This document shows, piece after piece, positions 11,704 to 23,935 of a stretch of 64,000 nt of DNA. A model generated the notes under the pieces. The model worked only from the letters and a program-made list of their open reading frames with translations. It made no database searches and was not told where the DNA came from. Made by a program: the position numbers and the translations under genes. How positions within the stretch are numbered: the stretch's first letter is position 1; each line of letters begins with the position of its first letter. Source of the stretch: Macrostomum lignano (taxonomy: Eukaryota); contig NIVC01000177.1 in NCBI GenBank assembly GCA_002269645.1, forward strand, positions 62,001 through 126,000, read 5' to 3'.

Positions 11704-12187
11704 GTCGCTAGATTAGCAATCCATTACTAATTGCACACTACACTAGTCGCTAGATTAGCAATCCATTACTAATTGCACATTACACAAGTCGCTAGATTAG
11801 CAATTCATTACTAATTGTACATTACACTAGTCGCTAGATTAGCAATCCATTACTAATTGTACATTACACTAGTCGCTAGATTAGCAATCCATTACTAATT
11901 GTACATTACACTAGTCGCTAGATTAGCAATCCATTACTAATTGTACATTACACTAGTCGCTAGATTAGCAATCCATTACTAATTGTACATTACACTAGTC
12001 GCTAGATTAGCAATCCATTACTAATTGTACATTACACTAGTCGCTAGATTAGCAATCCATTACTAATTGTAAATTACACTAGTCGCTAGATTAGCAATCC
12101 ATTACTAATTGTACATTACACTAATCGCTAGATTAGCAATACATTACTAATTGCACATTACACAAGTCGATAGTTTAGCAATCCATT
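11704..12187. repeat. 42-bp minisatellite (TCGCTAGATTAGCAATCCATTACTAATTGTACATTACACTAG)n, about 11 units
   Basis: Visible 42-bp period. Confidence 0.95.
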
Positions 12188-12867
12188 TTTTATTAAAAAA
12201 CAAACAATAGTGACAAATCAAAATTACTTTGCATTTCACTCCATCGGTGTTAAAGACTTGAACCGGTGCATTTAGTTGTAGATAAGTTATTAATTTAATA
12301 CCGGTTTAATAGTAGGCAGGTAATTCAATAGATTATTAATTAATTTAAGGATTATTCAGCTTACTTTCTGTAGCCTCAACGCAGCAGGTTTTAAGATGAC
12401 TCGCAAAATTTATAATCCAACAATCTGAAGACAGCGTTGAAAAGGTTAGATCAGAAAACAATTCAAGCAAATTTGAAAACAAAGGTTTCTAAGTTCATCG
12501 ATAAGGTAAGCTGATAACAGCAGGCTAACAATATTATGACAAAGCATTATTTTTTATATATTTAAAGGAAATTTAAACTAAACCAAAACTCCAACGAACT
12601 TTGAATAAGTACAAAACAATAAGAATAGCAGAGACAATAAAAAACAAATATTTGTAGTAAAAAATGCTCCACTAAAGCCAGAATTGAAACTAGGTATTTT
12701 ATTTAGTCAGTTCTTGCGCTATACATTTCTGCATTCTGCATTCTGGATTTTCTGTGTCCAAATTGGGCTGGCAAGCTATCACTTAGACCACAGGATTTCA
12801 TGTACATGCTCTTCACTGTGATGTGATGAAAATCAGACAGCGTTTAATTACATTATACAAGTGTAAC

Positions 12868-13367
12868 ACCGACACTTCATATCTCCGACACTTCATATCT
12901 CCGACACTTCATATCTCCGACACTTCATATCTCCGACACTTCATATCTCCGACACATCATATCTCAAACACTTCATATCTCCGACACTTCATATCTCAGA
13001 CACTTCATATCTCCGACACTTCATATCTCCGACACTTCATATCTCAGACACTTCATATCTCAGACACTTCATATCTCCGACACTTCATATCTCTGACACT
13101 TCATATCTCAGACACTTCATATCTCCGACACTTCATATCTCTGACACTTCATATCTCAGACACTTCATATCTCAGACACTTCATATCTCCGACACTTCAT
13201 ATCTCCGACACTTCATATCTCTGACACTTCATATCTCCGACACTTCATATCTCTGACACTTCATATCTGCGACATTTCATATCTCCGACACTTCATATCT
13301 CAGACACTTCATATCTCCGACACTTCATATCTCCGACACTTCATATCTCTGACACTTCATATCTCCG
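12868..13367. repeat. 16-bp minisatellite (GACACTTCATATCTCC)n, about 31 units, just 3' of NOMO
   Basis: Visible 16-bp period. Confidence 0.95.
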
Positions 13368-13528
13368 TTAGGAATAGGTTATTAAGCTTGGTCGGAGAAA
13401 ATTCTAATTATGAAACTGAATATTCAAACCGGCCAATATTAGAACGCAGAACAGAAATGGCAACTGCGCTATTATTAAAAGCATTGCTGCTCAGATTTAG
13501 ATGGACAATAAGACGACCGGCTAAAAGT

Positions 13529-15209
13529 TCAGGAATGACCGCCGCCCTGCTTCTTGCGCCTGTTAATATAATAGAGCGGCTTCTGCTGCTGCTGCTGAGC
13601 CCTGGACGGCTCCAGCAGCTCCTTCGGCACATCCGACAGCGGGTCCGCCCGGCCTCCGCCCCCAGAGCCGCCGTCGCCGCCGCTGGACCCGCCAGCCGAG
13701 GACCGCTTCGGGGAATCGCCGCCGCCGCCTCCGCCAGCGGCCGCTCTCAGTCGGGACAGCAGCCCGGAGAGCGCGGCGGCCACGGCCGGGCCAATCAGAT
13801 CGCGGTGGTGGGCCAGCAGCAGCACGAGGGCGGTGAACGGAATTAATAGGAACGAGCCAGTGCTGATCTCGCGCTCCGATAAGCGCCTAGTGGCGGCAAA
13901 GTCGAAGTGCAAATTCACGGCGCTGCCGTTAGACAGGAAGCGGCGCTCCTCGGTGCCAAACGAATACAGATGGCGGGGCAGGCGGCTGTGCAGGGTGACC
14001 ACGTACTGCTGATTGTCATTCGGCACGGCGCTGGAGTACATGAGGATGCGGTCGGCCAGGTCGCAGGCGTCCGTAAGGCGACCGGGGCTGAGCTCCGGGT
14101 GTACCGTCAGGTGCAGCGATTGACGCTGCTCGCGATTATTGGCCGACACGGTGACAAACAGGTCGGTGTGGCCCGGCCGCGGCAGGCCGTAGAACACCAG
14201 GCCGGTGGCGTCGGCCGCGGCCACGGTGACGGACTCGGACGGCGGCAATGTCCGGTCTACGGCCGGCTGTCCGGGCCGCACGGAGACGTTATAGCGGCAG
14301 CCAGAGGCCAGGCCGCGCAGGCGGAACTCACCACCAGCGTCCGTGTCGGCCGTCTCGGTGCCCTGCTGGCAGGCCGGGTCGGGGACGCCCGTGACGGCAA
14401 TGTCAGCCAGCGGCGCACCAGACAGGGACACCACGCGGCCGTAGGCTGAGTAGCCGGTGCGGACTGGGCGTAGGGCGACCTCAGTGACCTCGCCCTCCTT
14501 CACCTGGATCCAGTTTAGCGAATAAATAGGTTTCAATTTGTAATATAAAAATAACACTTTGTTCTACTGAAAGTAGGATGCACAAAGTGCCGATTCCAGT
14601 TGAAAGATCAAAGAGAACTCATCGAGCATCAGATTTGCATTTTTTTACGATTTCTCGCCCTTTCTTCTAAGAGCTACTTGGGATGGCATAAAACTGACTA
14701 ACTGGCCATCTATCTGGTTGATTTTACGCTTCACTGTGCCTTGGGGTTTGGCCCTTGAGGGCGTTAATTGCACGAGCAGAGCCAAGCTGAGATTCCAATT
14801 TAGCCCCTAATTAATGTGACTGCACATGGAATCGAGCCTGAGCTGCTGGCACATTAGAGTTAGACTAACTAACTAATAATTAATAATATTATTTGATTAC
14901 ACCTACCCTGGTGAGCATATGTGCAACCGACAGCTCAGCCGCAGCTATTAAGCGGCGCATCTGAAGGCTGCATACGGCTGTTGAGTTCAAAGATTGGGAG
15001 GTCGCCACACACCCTCAATTAACCCAGCTAATGCTGGCACCCATTTTACAGCTGGGTGAACTGAAGCACTGCAGAGTTATAAGTGTCTTGCTCAAGGGCA
15101 CAAATTGTTCCGAGTGGGATCGGGAATCGAACCCCCGACATTCAAATCGCGAGTCCGACGCTCTGACCACTAGGCTACAACCCCCTAACTAACTAGCTAA
15201 CTAACTAAT

Positions 15210-15284
<75 letters not shown>

Positions 15285-15285
15285 T

Positions 15286-15320
<35 letters not shown>

Positions 15321-18300
15321 ATAAATAACTAACTAACTAACTAACTAACTAGCTAACTAACTAACTAACTAACTAGCTAACTAACTAACTAACTAACTAA
15401 CGAACTAAGTAGTTAACAAACAAACAAGCAAATTATTTAATTAACAAATTAATTAACTAACCAACTAACTAACTAACTAAATAATTAATTGAGTAACTAG
15501 TTAACTAACTACCTAATAACTAAAAACCCAACTCAGCCCCAGCCGCAGACACCCGGATCTCCTTACCATAACCTCGGCGCTCGCGGGCTCGAAGCGGAAC
15601 TCCTTCACCATGCCTCTCACGTAGTACCGGCCGGGCATCAGATCCGAGAACACGGCCAGGCCGGCCGAGTCAGTGGCCTGATGAAACCTGGACGAGTCGC
15701 CGCTCATGGACACCAGCACGCTGGGCAGGCCGGTCTGCACGTGCACGCCGGCCAGGCGGTGGGCCCGCAGGGTGCGCCGCTCGTCCGGCCGCTTGCACGG
15801 CCGCTCCTCGAACCGGTAGCCAGTCAGGCGGCCGGCCAGCTGGTAGGCCCGGTCCGCCAGCACCGGCCCGAATTCGAACCGGCCGTCCGGGCCAGTTGTC
15901 AGCGAAGCCACCGCCTCGACCTCGCCCTCCGACTCCGACGCCCCGCCGGCCAGTTGAAGCGACACCTCGACGCCGGACAGTGGCGGTTCGACTTGGCCGA
16001 AAATTCGCTGACCGCGCCGGACAGTGAAGCGAAGAGTCTGCGGCTGGCAGGACAGTGGATCCATGACGGTCAGGCCGGCTGTGGCCGGCTCCAGCACCGA
16101 GTTATTGGCCAGGATGCGAGCCTCCAGCACAGCGCCGGCCGGGTAGTGCATGTCAGCAAATGCGACCGGCGGCTCCTGCGACTTGGCCGGCGGCTTCAAG
16201 TTAAACTGGCCGGCCGGTTTGCCGTCGGCTGTCAGATCGATTCGGACAGGCTCGCCGGATCCGCCGCCGATGTCCGGATAGTCGGCGGCCAGCCGGACAA
16301 GGAAAGCGGCGGCCGAGAAGCTGACTGAGTCGCCCGGCCGTTCCAGCTTGGCGGTGTCGGCGGCCAGCCGGTGGCAGGAGGCGGCCCGCAGCTGCAGAGG
16401 CGGAGTGGCCGGGCTGTCCAAGCAGATCTCGGTGCGGCCCTGGGCCACCCGAATCGTGTTCGGCTTGGCGCCAGCGGCGGGCGAGTAGCTCAACTCGAGG
16501 TCGTGACTAGAGGATACGAAGGCTTTGAAGCCGGTGACGCGAAATTCCAGGGTCTTGGGCTTGTTGGACAGGTCGGTCACTTGGAGCTGGCGCGAGGCCC
16601 AGCATAGCAGGTCGCCGCCGGCCAGGGTGGCCGTGTAGGTGCCGGGCAGCTGGCCGGGTAGGCTAAATGCGCCGTTGGCGGTCACCGGAGCGGTGCTAGT
16701 CTCCTCGCCGGATAGGGTCACCTGTTGGTAATGGTGAGCACAATTGATTGGAGACGGAAAATGCTAATTCATGTCGGTAGTTGGGAGTTGAGTCACATAG
16801 GAACTTGTGAGAGGGTGTCACGCCGAAAATGGGGGAGGGAGTGATTCACAAAAGATAGGAGTGAGTCACAGCGGAAGTTGGGAGAGTGAGCTACACCGGG
16901 TCATACGGGGAGTAGGGAGAGTCGTGAGTCATACCGGAAGTTGAGAGTTATGGGAGTCATCCGGAAGTTAAGAGTCATGGGAGTCATACCGGAAGTTGAG
17001 AGTCATGGGAGTCATACCGGAAGTTGAGAGTCATGGGAGTCATACCGGAATTATACCGGAAGTTAAGAGTCATGGGAGTCATACCGGAATTATACCGGAA
17101 GTTAAGAGTCATGGGAATTATACCGGAATTTGAGATTCGTAGGAGTCATCCGGAAGTTGAGTCATAGGAGTCATTCGAAAAATAAGTCATCGGAGTCAAA
17201 CCGGAAGTTTATAGTCATGGGAAGTCATTTGGAAGTTGAGAGTCATGGGAGTCATCCGGAAGCTGAGAGTCATGGGAAGTCATACCGGAAGTTGAGAGTC
17301 ATGGGAGTCAACTGGAAGTTGAGTCATGGGAGTCATCCGGAAGCTGAGAGTCATGGGAGTAATCTGGAAATTGATTCATGGGAGTCATCCGGAAGTTGAG
17401 AGTCATGGGAGTAATCTGGAAATTGATTCATGGGAGTCATTCGGAAGTTGAGAGTCATGGGAGTCATCCGGAAGCTGAGAGTCATGGGAGTCATCTGGAA
17501 ATTGATTCATGGGAGTCATTCGGAAGTTGAGAGTCATGGGAGTCATCCGGAAGTTGAGATTTTTTCACACAGGATGACGGGCTCGTGGAGATAGGGAGGC
17601 AGGAAGACGCTGACACCTGAAAGAGCGGGCCAAATAATGAGTCCACAAAGCTCACCTGCAGATCGGCGGGACACTGCCCCCCAGGACAGCCGACAACTTT
17701 GCCGTTAACTTCAACCCGCTGCTCCTTAAGCAACAGTCCAGTTGTCGGGCCGCTGACTGTGATTTCTCGCTGCGCCCGGCCGCAGCGCAGAACGTGCCGG
17801 CCGGCCGTCAGGTAGATGCAAAACGTGCCATCCTGCTCAGTGTCCGACGCTTCAATGTCCGGCGCGCTTAGGCTGGTCACCGGCCGGACGCCGAGGCCTT
17901 CGGCTCGGCCGCAGACGCGAAATTTATCAGGACGAATGTCGGTTGAGAAGGCCAGGGAGTCCGTGCGGCCAGGCAGGAACAGCATGTCCGGATAGGTCAC
18001 CTGAACTGTCCAGCTGGAGCGTCGCTCCGGACAGTGCAGCAGGAATCGGCCGTCGGCGCCGGTGTCCGTTTCGATAGATGACGACGACGAGCCCTGGGGC
18101 TCAACAAGGCGGACGTGGGCGCCGGACAGGGCCGCGCCGTCTGGGCCGACTACGCGACCGCGGAGCACGACTCCGGTGGCCTGCGCGTGAGATGGAGAAT
18201 TCAATAAGGACTAAGGAGGGAGGGTGGCGTCACGTGATACCCGGTGCAGTTTACACTGGGGTAGGTTGGAGATGGGAGAGAGTATACGAGTAGATGGTTA

Positions 18301-19993
18301 GGAAACTTTTGGGAGGGGGGGGCAAAGGTATATGCAGAAGTTGGAAAGGAGTGAGAGGCACGAGCAGATACGGAGGCTGAAGTCAGGCGAGAGGTAGATA
18401 TGGAGATCGGAGAGAAGTGAGAGGTAGATACGGGAGTTTAGAGAGAAGTGAGAGGTAGACACGGAGTTTGAGAGGTGTGAGAGAGTTGAATATGGAGATC
18501 GGAGAGGAGTAAGAGATAGACACGGAGTTTGGAGAGGGGTGAGAGGTAGACACTGAGTTTGTAGAGGGGTGAAAGGTAGACACGGAGTTTGGAGAGGGGT
18601 GAGAGGTAGACACGGAGTTTGTAGAGGGGTGATAGGTAGACACGGAGTTTGGAGAGGGGTGAGAGGTATACACGGAGTTTGGAGAGGGGTGAAAGGTAGA
18701 CACGGAGTTTGAAGAGGGTTGAGAGATAGACACAGAGATCGGAGAGGGGTGAGAGGTAGACAAGGAGATCGGAGAGGGGTGAGAGGTAGACACAGAGGTG
18801 GGAGAGGAGTGGCAGGTGGACGGGGATAGGTGAAAAGTACAGCAAGCTAGGCGAGATAGGGAGGTTAGCATTCCTGGAAACCAAAGCGAGCCAGTCACCT
18901 TGAACACGCTGCCCATGTGCAGGTCGGCGTGCCGCACCCGCAGGCTGAGCCGGTCGGGCTCGATCCGATAGTCCGGATGAAACGGCACCAGAGTGTACTC
19001 GCCTCCGGGAACGTCAACGAATCGGCCAACCCCGTCGGCGCCGGTGACGGCCCGGCAGAGCGGTCGCTCGGTCGGCGGCAGAGGCGAGCGGAATTCCGGA
19101 TGCGGCTTGCCGGGCTTCTCGCATTTGACGCCGTCGGCCAGTGCGCCGTACAGGTAGAGCTGGGCGCCGGCGCCGACATCGGCCAGGCCGGCCGACACGG
19201 CGAAGCCTTTCACAACCAGAGCCTCGGCCGGTTTAGCGTTGTCATTGGCAACGTCCACGTCTAGGTGGTCTTTCTCGAAAGCGGCCGCCCCGCCGCCGGC
19301 AGGCAGATCCGGTCGGACAGTGTACTGGCCGGGCGGCACCCGGACGAACACAAATTTGCCATCGGCGTCGGTGGAGTTGGCTGCCAGTTTTGAGCCAGAG
19401 CGACGGTCGATTAGCGCCAGCGGCAGGTCGGGCGGCCCGGTGCGCAGGCCCCTGGTGTGCACGGAGCCGTATATGGCGTAGCCTAGCAGGCGGAAGTCGA
19501 GATCGCGCTGGCAGGAGTCCTGCTCGGGGTATTTGGTGGGTTGCTGGCGCTCGACTAACTATATATACACTTTACAGACAAAGACATCAGGATTGAGATG
19601 CTAACTAAACCCTTCTCAAACAAAGAGCTGAAGATTAGGCAGAGTCAGACTGACCTGGTCCAGCACGGCCACCTGGTGATTCTCCGGTTCCAGATGCCAG
19701 CCGTCTGGCGCGGACAGCCGAATCGTGTGCTGACCCCGCTCGTACACGGGCACAGAGTAGGCGCCATTCGGACTAATATCGGACACGAATCGCAGGTTGC
19801 CCCGCTCATTGTACAGCTGCACCCGCATCCTGGCATAGTTAGGCGCCTTGGCTCCCTGCGGCAGGCGGACAAAGCCGCCGCAGCCAACCGGGTCCTGGCC
19901 GGCTGACAATCGCGGCGCTGCTAGAAGCAGCAAAAGCAGCGGAAGCAGCAACGGCAGCGGCGGAGAAGGTTTCAACGACAAATTTTGAGACAT
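13529..19993 (-). CDS. NOMO1: Nodal modulator (NOMO1/2/3 orthologue; BOS complex subunit), about 1217 aa
   Basis: Exons (minus): 19993-19655, 19558-18899, 18180-17656, 16721-15567, 14503-13529. All junctions are phase-0 GT-AG; total 3654 nt. Signal peptide followed by VGCGGFV..GAYSVPVYERG..WHLEP; FVRVPPGQYTV; MVKEFRFEPASAEVM|VKEGEVTEVALRPVRTGYSAYGRV; C-terminal TM (GSFLLIPFTALVLLL) and basic tail. The exon-2 acceptor and the start ATG (19993 vs 20008) are slightly uncertain. Confidence 0.93.
14876..15185 (-). mobile_element. tRNA-derived SINE with MIR-like CORE domain, full-length copy (NOMO intron 4)
   Basis: Minus strand: GGGGGTTGTAGCCTAGTGG (A box), GGTTCGATTCC (B box), then TGTGCCCTTGAGCAAGACACTTATAACTCTGCAGTGCTTCAGTTCACCCAGCTGTAAAATGGG (CORE-like) and an (ATT)n tail. 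Flanked by direct TAACTAACTA at 14866-14875 and 15186-15195. Confidence 0.85.
15186..15522. repeat. (TAAC)n microsatellite, about 330 bp, degenerating distally
   Basis: Directly visible. Confidence 0.95.
16920..17560. repeat. About 27-bp degenerate minisatellite (GAGAGTCATGGGAGTCATCCGGAAGTT)n in NOMO intron 3
   Basis: Visible repeat with indel variants. Confidence 0.9.
18385..18810. repeat. 30-bp minisatellite (GGAGAGGGGTGAGAGGTAGACACGGAGTTT)n in NOMO intron 2
   Basis: Visible 30-bp period. Confidence 0.9.
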
Positions 19994-20134
19994 TTGTTTC
20001 TCAGGCATGAGGTTAAACATTGGCATATTACAATACTGGCTGTCGATCCTATTACTGCAAATCGGACCACCAGCTACATAAAGTGAGAATGGCAATCTAT
20101 GAAGACTGGGATGTCCATGAATGAAATGAAGAAT

Positions 20135-20530
20135 GAGAGTAGATAGGTGTGTTTAGAAGGGAAATGAGGGGTAGATAGGTGTGTTTAGAAGGGAAATGAG
20201 GGGTAGATAGGTGTGTTTAGAAGGGAAATGAGGGGTAGATAGGTGTGTTTAGAAGGGAAATGAGAGTAGATAGGTGTGTTTAGAAGGGAAATGAGAGTAG
20301 ATAGGTGTGTTTAGAAGGGAAATGAGGGTAGATAGGTGTGTTTAGAAGGGAAATGAGAGTAGATAGGTGTGTTTAGAAGGGAAATGAGGGGTAGATAGGT
20401 GTGTTTAGAAGGGAAATGAGGGTAGATAGGTGTGTTTAGAAGGGAAATGAGGGTAGATAGGTGTGTTTAGAAGGGAAATTAGAGGTAGATAGGTGTGTTT
20501 AAGTCAGTAGGTAAATGAGAGGTAGATAGA
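20135..20530. repeat. 31-32 bp minisatellite (GAAATGAGGGGTAGATAGGTGTGTTTAGAAGG)n upstream of NOMO
   Basis: Visible period. Confidence 0.93.
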
Positions 20531-21190
20531 TATGCATAAGGCAGTCACAAAAGTCACACAACGTCAAGAATGTTTTTCCTAGTTCGAATTTCCTAGCTTA
20601 TTAGCAAATAAAGTTATAAGACAGAAAATTAGCTTGTTAAAGACCACAACATCTTACGAGACGAGAAGACCTCAATATATTTATAGCTTTTTTAAATCAC
20701 AAAAACTCCAGTCATAATTTTTGAGATGACAATAGCACTTGACTATAGAAAAACTCACACAAAATCTGATATTGAAAATTCACATTTATCATATACCGGT
20801 GAATATAAAGTATACGAGAACACAAAATATTAAACAGAAAAAAAAATTAGAACTTCAAGAGATATTAGTAAGACGAAGCTTCTATAAAGGCGAATTATCA
20901 AAGCGAATATGCTACCATGCGCACAAATTGTATAAAGAAATCCAATTGCTATGAATGTATAAAATATTGCCAATATGCATAAGCATAGTATATAGTAATA
21001 ATATTTGATTAGTCGAATTTCATAATTAATACACACTGATAATAAATGAGTACAACAGCAAAGTCAGACAGAAAGACGAGACAGAAACATACAAGTTTAG
21101 CAGCGCTTCTTTAGCAATTAATTTCCAACTGCAAGCGCTGCAGCTGCTTGCTGCTATAGAAAAAGCTAGTAAGATAGCTCCAAGTAAGAC

Positions 21191-21600
21191 AATCTACCCC
21201 GAGTAGGAAAATCTACCCCGAGTAGAAAAGTCTACCCCGAGTAATAAAATCTTCCCCGAGTAGGACAATCTACCCCCGAGTAGGACAATCTACCCACGAG
21301 TAAAATAATCTACCCCCGAGTAAGAAAATCTTCCCCGAGTAGGAAAATCTACCCTGAGTAAGACAATCTGCCCCGCGTAGGATAATCTACCCCACGAGTA
21401 AGAATCTCCACGAGTAAGACAATCTTCCCACGAGTAAGACCATCTACCCCGAGTAGGACAATCTACCTTACGAGTAAGACAATCTACCCCAAGTAGGACA
21501 ATCTACCCCTAAGTAAAACTATTTACCCCCGAGTAAGACAATCTCTCCCGAGTAAGACAATCTACCCCTAAGAAACGGAGCGCCAGTAAGACAATCTACC
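21191..21600. repeat. 19-20 bp minisatellite (AATCTACCCCGAGTAGGAC)n
   Basis: Visible, degenerate period. Confidence 0.9.
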
Positions 21601-21750
21601 AAGGACGCATGCTTCCATAAAATTACAGGTGTAGTGTGCTTGAGTAGGGCCGCGACACTGTACAGTGTGAAATACGAGCAGAAAAGAAAGCAATGGGAGG
21701 TCAGCGAACTGTGGAATCCAATATGCAGCAAAAAACCGGCGATACATACA

Positions 21751-21816
<66 letters not shown>
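21751..21816. repeat. (TAC)22 microsatellite
   Basis: Perfect trinucleotide run. Confidence 0.97.
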
Positions 21817-22383
21817 GAGATAAAATTAGACAAACAAAACGTACAACGAAATTTATGCAGTAAAAGACATGCAAAAAATTGCTAATAGAGGAGGCTTGCC
21901 ATGATACAGTTCGCTTTTTATTTCTGATTTCTATATAAGGCTTAATGAAAAGCGAATGCCGGGAGCAAATGTCTTCAAGTCGGCAATCAATCAACTGATT
22001 TTTGGTAGATAATAATTGAATCCATATGTAGCAAGTGTTGGGATCAAAGCCATTGTCAAGAAACATGAGTGGTGCACAGAGAACTATCAGAAAAGTTACG
22101 AATGAAGAGCAAACTATAAATAAACTAAAAAGTTAATACAAAATGTCTTCAAAATGTTAAGTTACAAAGAAACCAAGTCGGTTCATTGCTTAAAGTGCAA
22201 AAATCAAAACTAAAAACAAGTGCTGACCTAAAAACGTGACTCAAAAATTGCTTTTGCTTTGCGTTTTGCAAAAAAAAATAATCAAAGTAAAAAAATAGAC
22301 CAGAAAACGTACATATACATAATGTATAATATATAGTATAGCCTTTGCCAAGTTAGAAAAACTGACACCCGAAGCTGAAATCC

Positions 22384-22553
22384 TGTAGAATAGTGGTGAG
22401 AGCCACTCGGAACAATTTGTGTCCTTGACCAAGACACTTAACTCTGCATTGCTTCAGTTCGCCCAGTTGTAAAATGGGTGCCAGCATTAGCTGGGCTAAT
22501 TGAGGCTGTGCGTGGCGACCTCCCAGTCCTTGGACTGAACAGCCATACGCATC
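22384..22553 (+). mobile_element. CORE-type SINE, internally deleted copy (B box missing, 3' truncated)
   Basis: TGTAGAATAGTGGTGAGAGC is fused directly to CACTCGGAACAATTTGTGTCCTTGACCAAGACACTTAACTCTGCATTGCTTCAGTTCGCCCAGTTGTAAAATGGGTGCCAGC, which aligns with the 14876-15185 copy. Confidence 0.82.
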
Positions 22554-23116
22554 CATGCAAAAGTCGCTTATCTTGAATCACGCTGGTCTCTAAGTCGGGT
22601 TTCTCAGCCAGAAATTTGAGTTTGTCTATGGCCCAAACTGTCTCTGCTCTATAATAGGCTTTCAAATACGAAATGTACTATTTTATAACCTAGCATGGCT
22701 AAAACAATACAACCTAATAATAATCTAAAGTGCATGCGCGCCAGAGGCCATGGAGACTAGACAGCAGCAGACTACATTTAATTACAGCAATATATATTAT
22801 TTACTAATACTACAACTTGCGGACAAGCGTGACGTAAAACACAAATCTGAAACAACTAATGTATATTACAGCTACAAAGCAATCCACAATACAGCACTAA
22901 CAATAAGCGATTAGCATAAGTAAAGTTAGATTAAATTTCAAACAACAAATAATTAATATCGCGCCAATTATGAGGGAGAACTAAAACGGCTTTTTTACAT
23001 TACAAAACAAAAACACAAGCAAGCCAGAAAATATTAAAAAGCTGACAATATAATTAATGGCAATAATAAAATGACTGTTGATCATTCGATGAGAGCAAGT
23101 GTGGCGTGCGCTAACA

Positions 23117-23745
23117 TAGGGGGTAGGAAGTGGGGCTATCGATTGGGGAGAGTGTACATCGGGGGTAGGAAGTGGGGCTATCGATTGGGGAGAGTGTACA
23201 TAGGGGGTAGGAAGTGGGGCTATCGATTGGGGAGAGTGTACATAGGGGGTAGGAAGTGGGGCTATCGATTGGGGAGAGTGTACATAGGGGGTAGGAAGTG
23301 GGGCTATCGATTGGGGAGAGTGTACATAGGGGGTAGGAAGTGGGGCTATCGATTGGGGAGAGTGTACATAGGGGGTAGGAAGTGGGGCTATCGATTGGGG
23401 AGAGAGTACATCGGGGGTAGGAAGTGGGGCTATCGATTGGGGAGAGTGTACATAGGGGGTAGGAAGTGGGGCTATCGATTGGGGAGAGTGTACATAGGGG
23501 GTAGGAAGTGGGGCTATCGATTGGGGAGAGTGTACATAGGGGGTAGGAAGTGGGGCTATCGATTGGGGAGAGTGTACATAGGGGGTAGGAAGTGGGGCTA
23601 TCGATTGGGGAGAGTGTACATAGGGGGTAGGAAGTGGGGCTATCGATTGGGGAGAGTGTACATAGGGGGTAGGAATTGGGACTATCGATTGGGGAGAGTG
23701 TACATAGGGGGTAGGAATTAGGACTATCGATTAGGGAGTAAGAAT
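23117..23745. repeat. 42-bp G-rich minisatellite (GGGGGTAGGAAGTGGGGCTATCGATTGGGGAGAGTGTACATA)n, about 15 units
   Basis: Near-identical units, 190 bp beyond the SHOC2 stop codon. Confidence 0.96.
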
Positions 23746-23935
23746 GGGAGGTGTCGGTTGGAGAGAATGTTGGTCAGGAAATATGGGCTGTTAAAAAGGC
23801 AACAGGGGGTGTTTTATAATTTAGGGAAAGTGTAGTCTTCAGGTGACCGGCTTCGCACACGCATTCACAGCATGCCCTCTTGTGACTGCACAGAAGAACT
23901 GCGAGTAAAAAAATTGCCCAATAAAAATAAAGTCG

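Noticed and set aside
11704-12187. Regular 20-68 bp repeats as possible CRISPR arrays (here and elsewhere)
   Set aside because: Head-to-tail units with no unique spacers, no cas genes, and a eukaryotic context.
15100-15185. tRNA-like sequence with A and B boxes (also at about 25770-25835 and 26070-26130)
   Set aside because: No complete cloverleaf or acceptor stem; these are SINE heads followed by SINE body.
15186-15522. (TAAC)n as telomere-like repeat
   Set aside because: The tetramer does not match TTAGGG or TTAGG, and it is intronic.
21634-22066. Poly-Tyr / poly-Ser ORFs
   Set aside because: Translation of the (TAC)22 microsatellite.
23071-23721. 216-aa GGRKWGYRLGRVYI repeat ORF
   Set aside because: In-frame 42-bp satellite with no start context or splice support; treated as a repeat.
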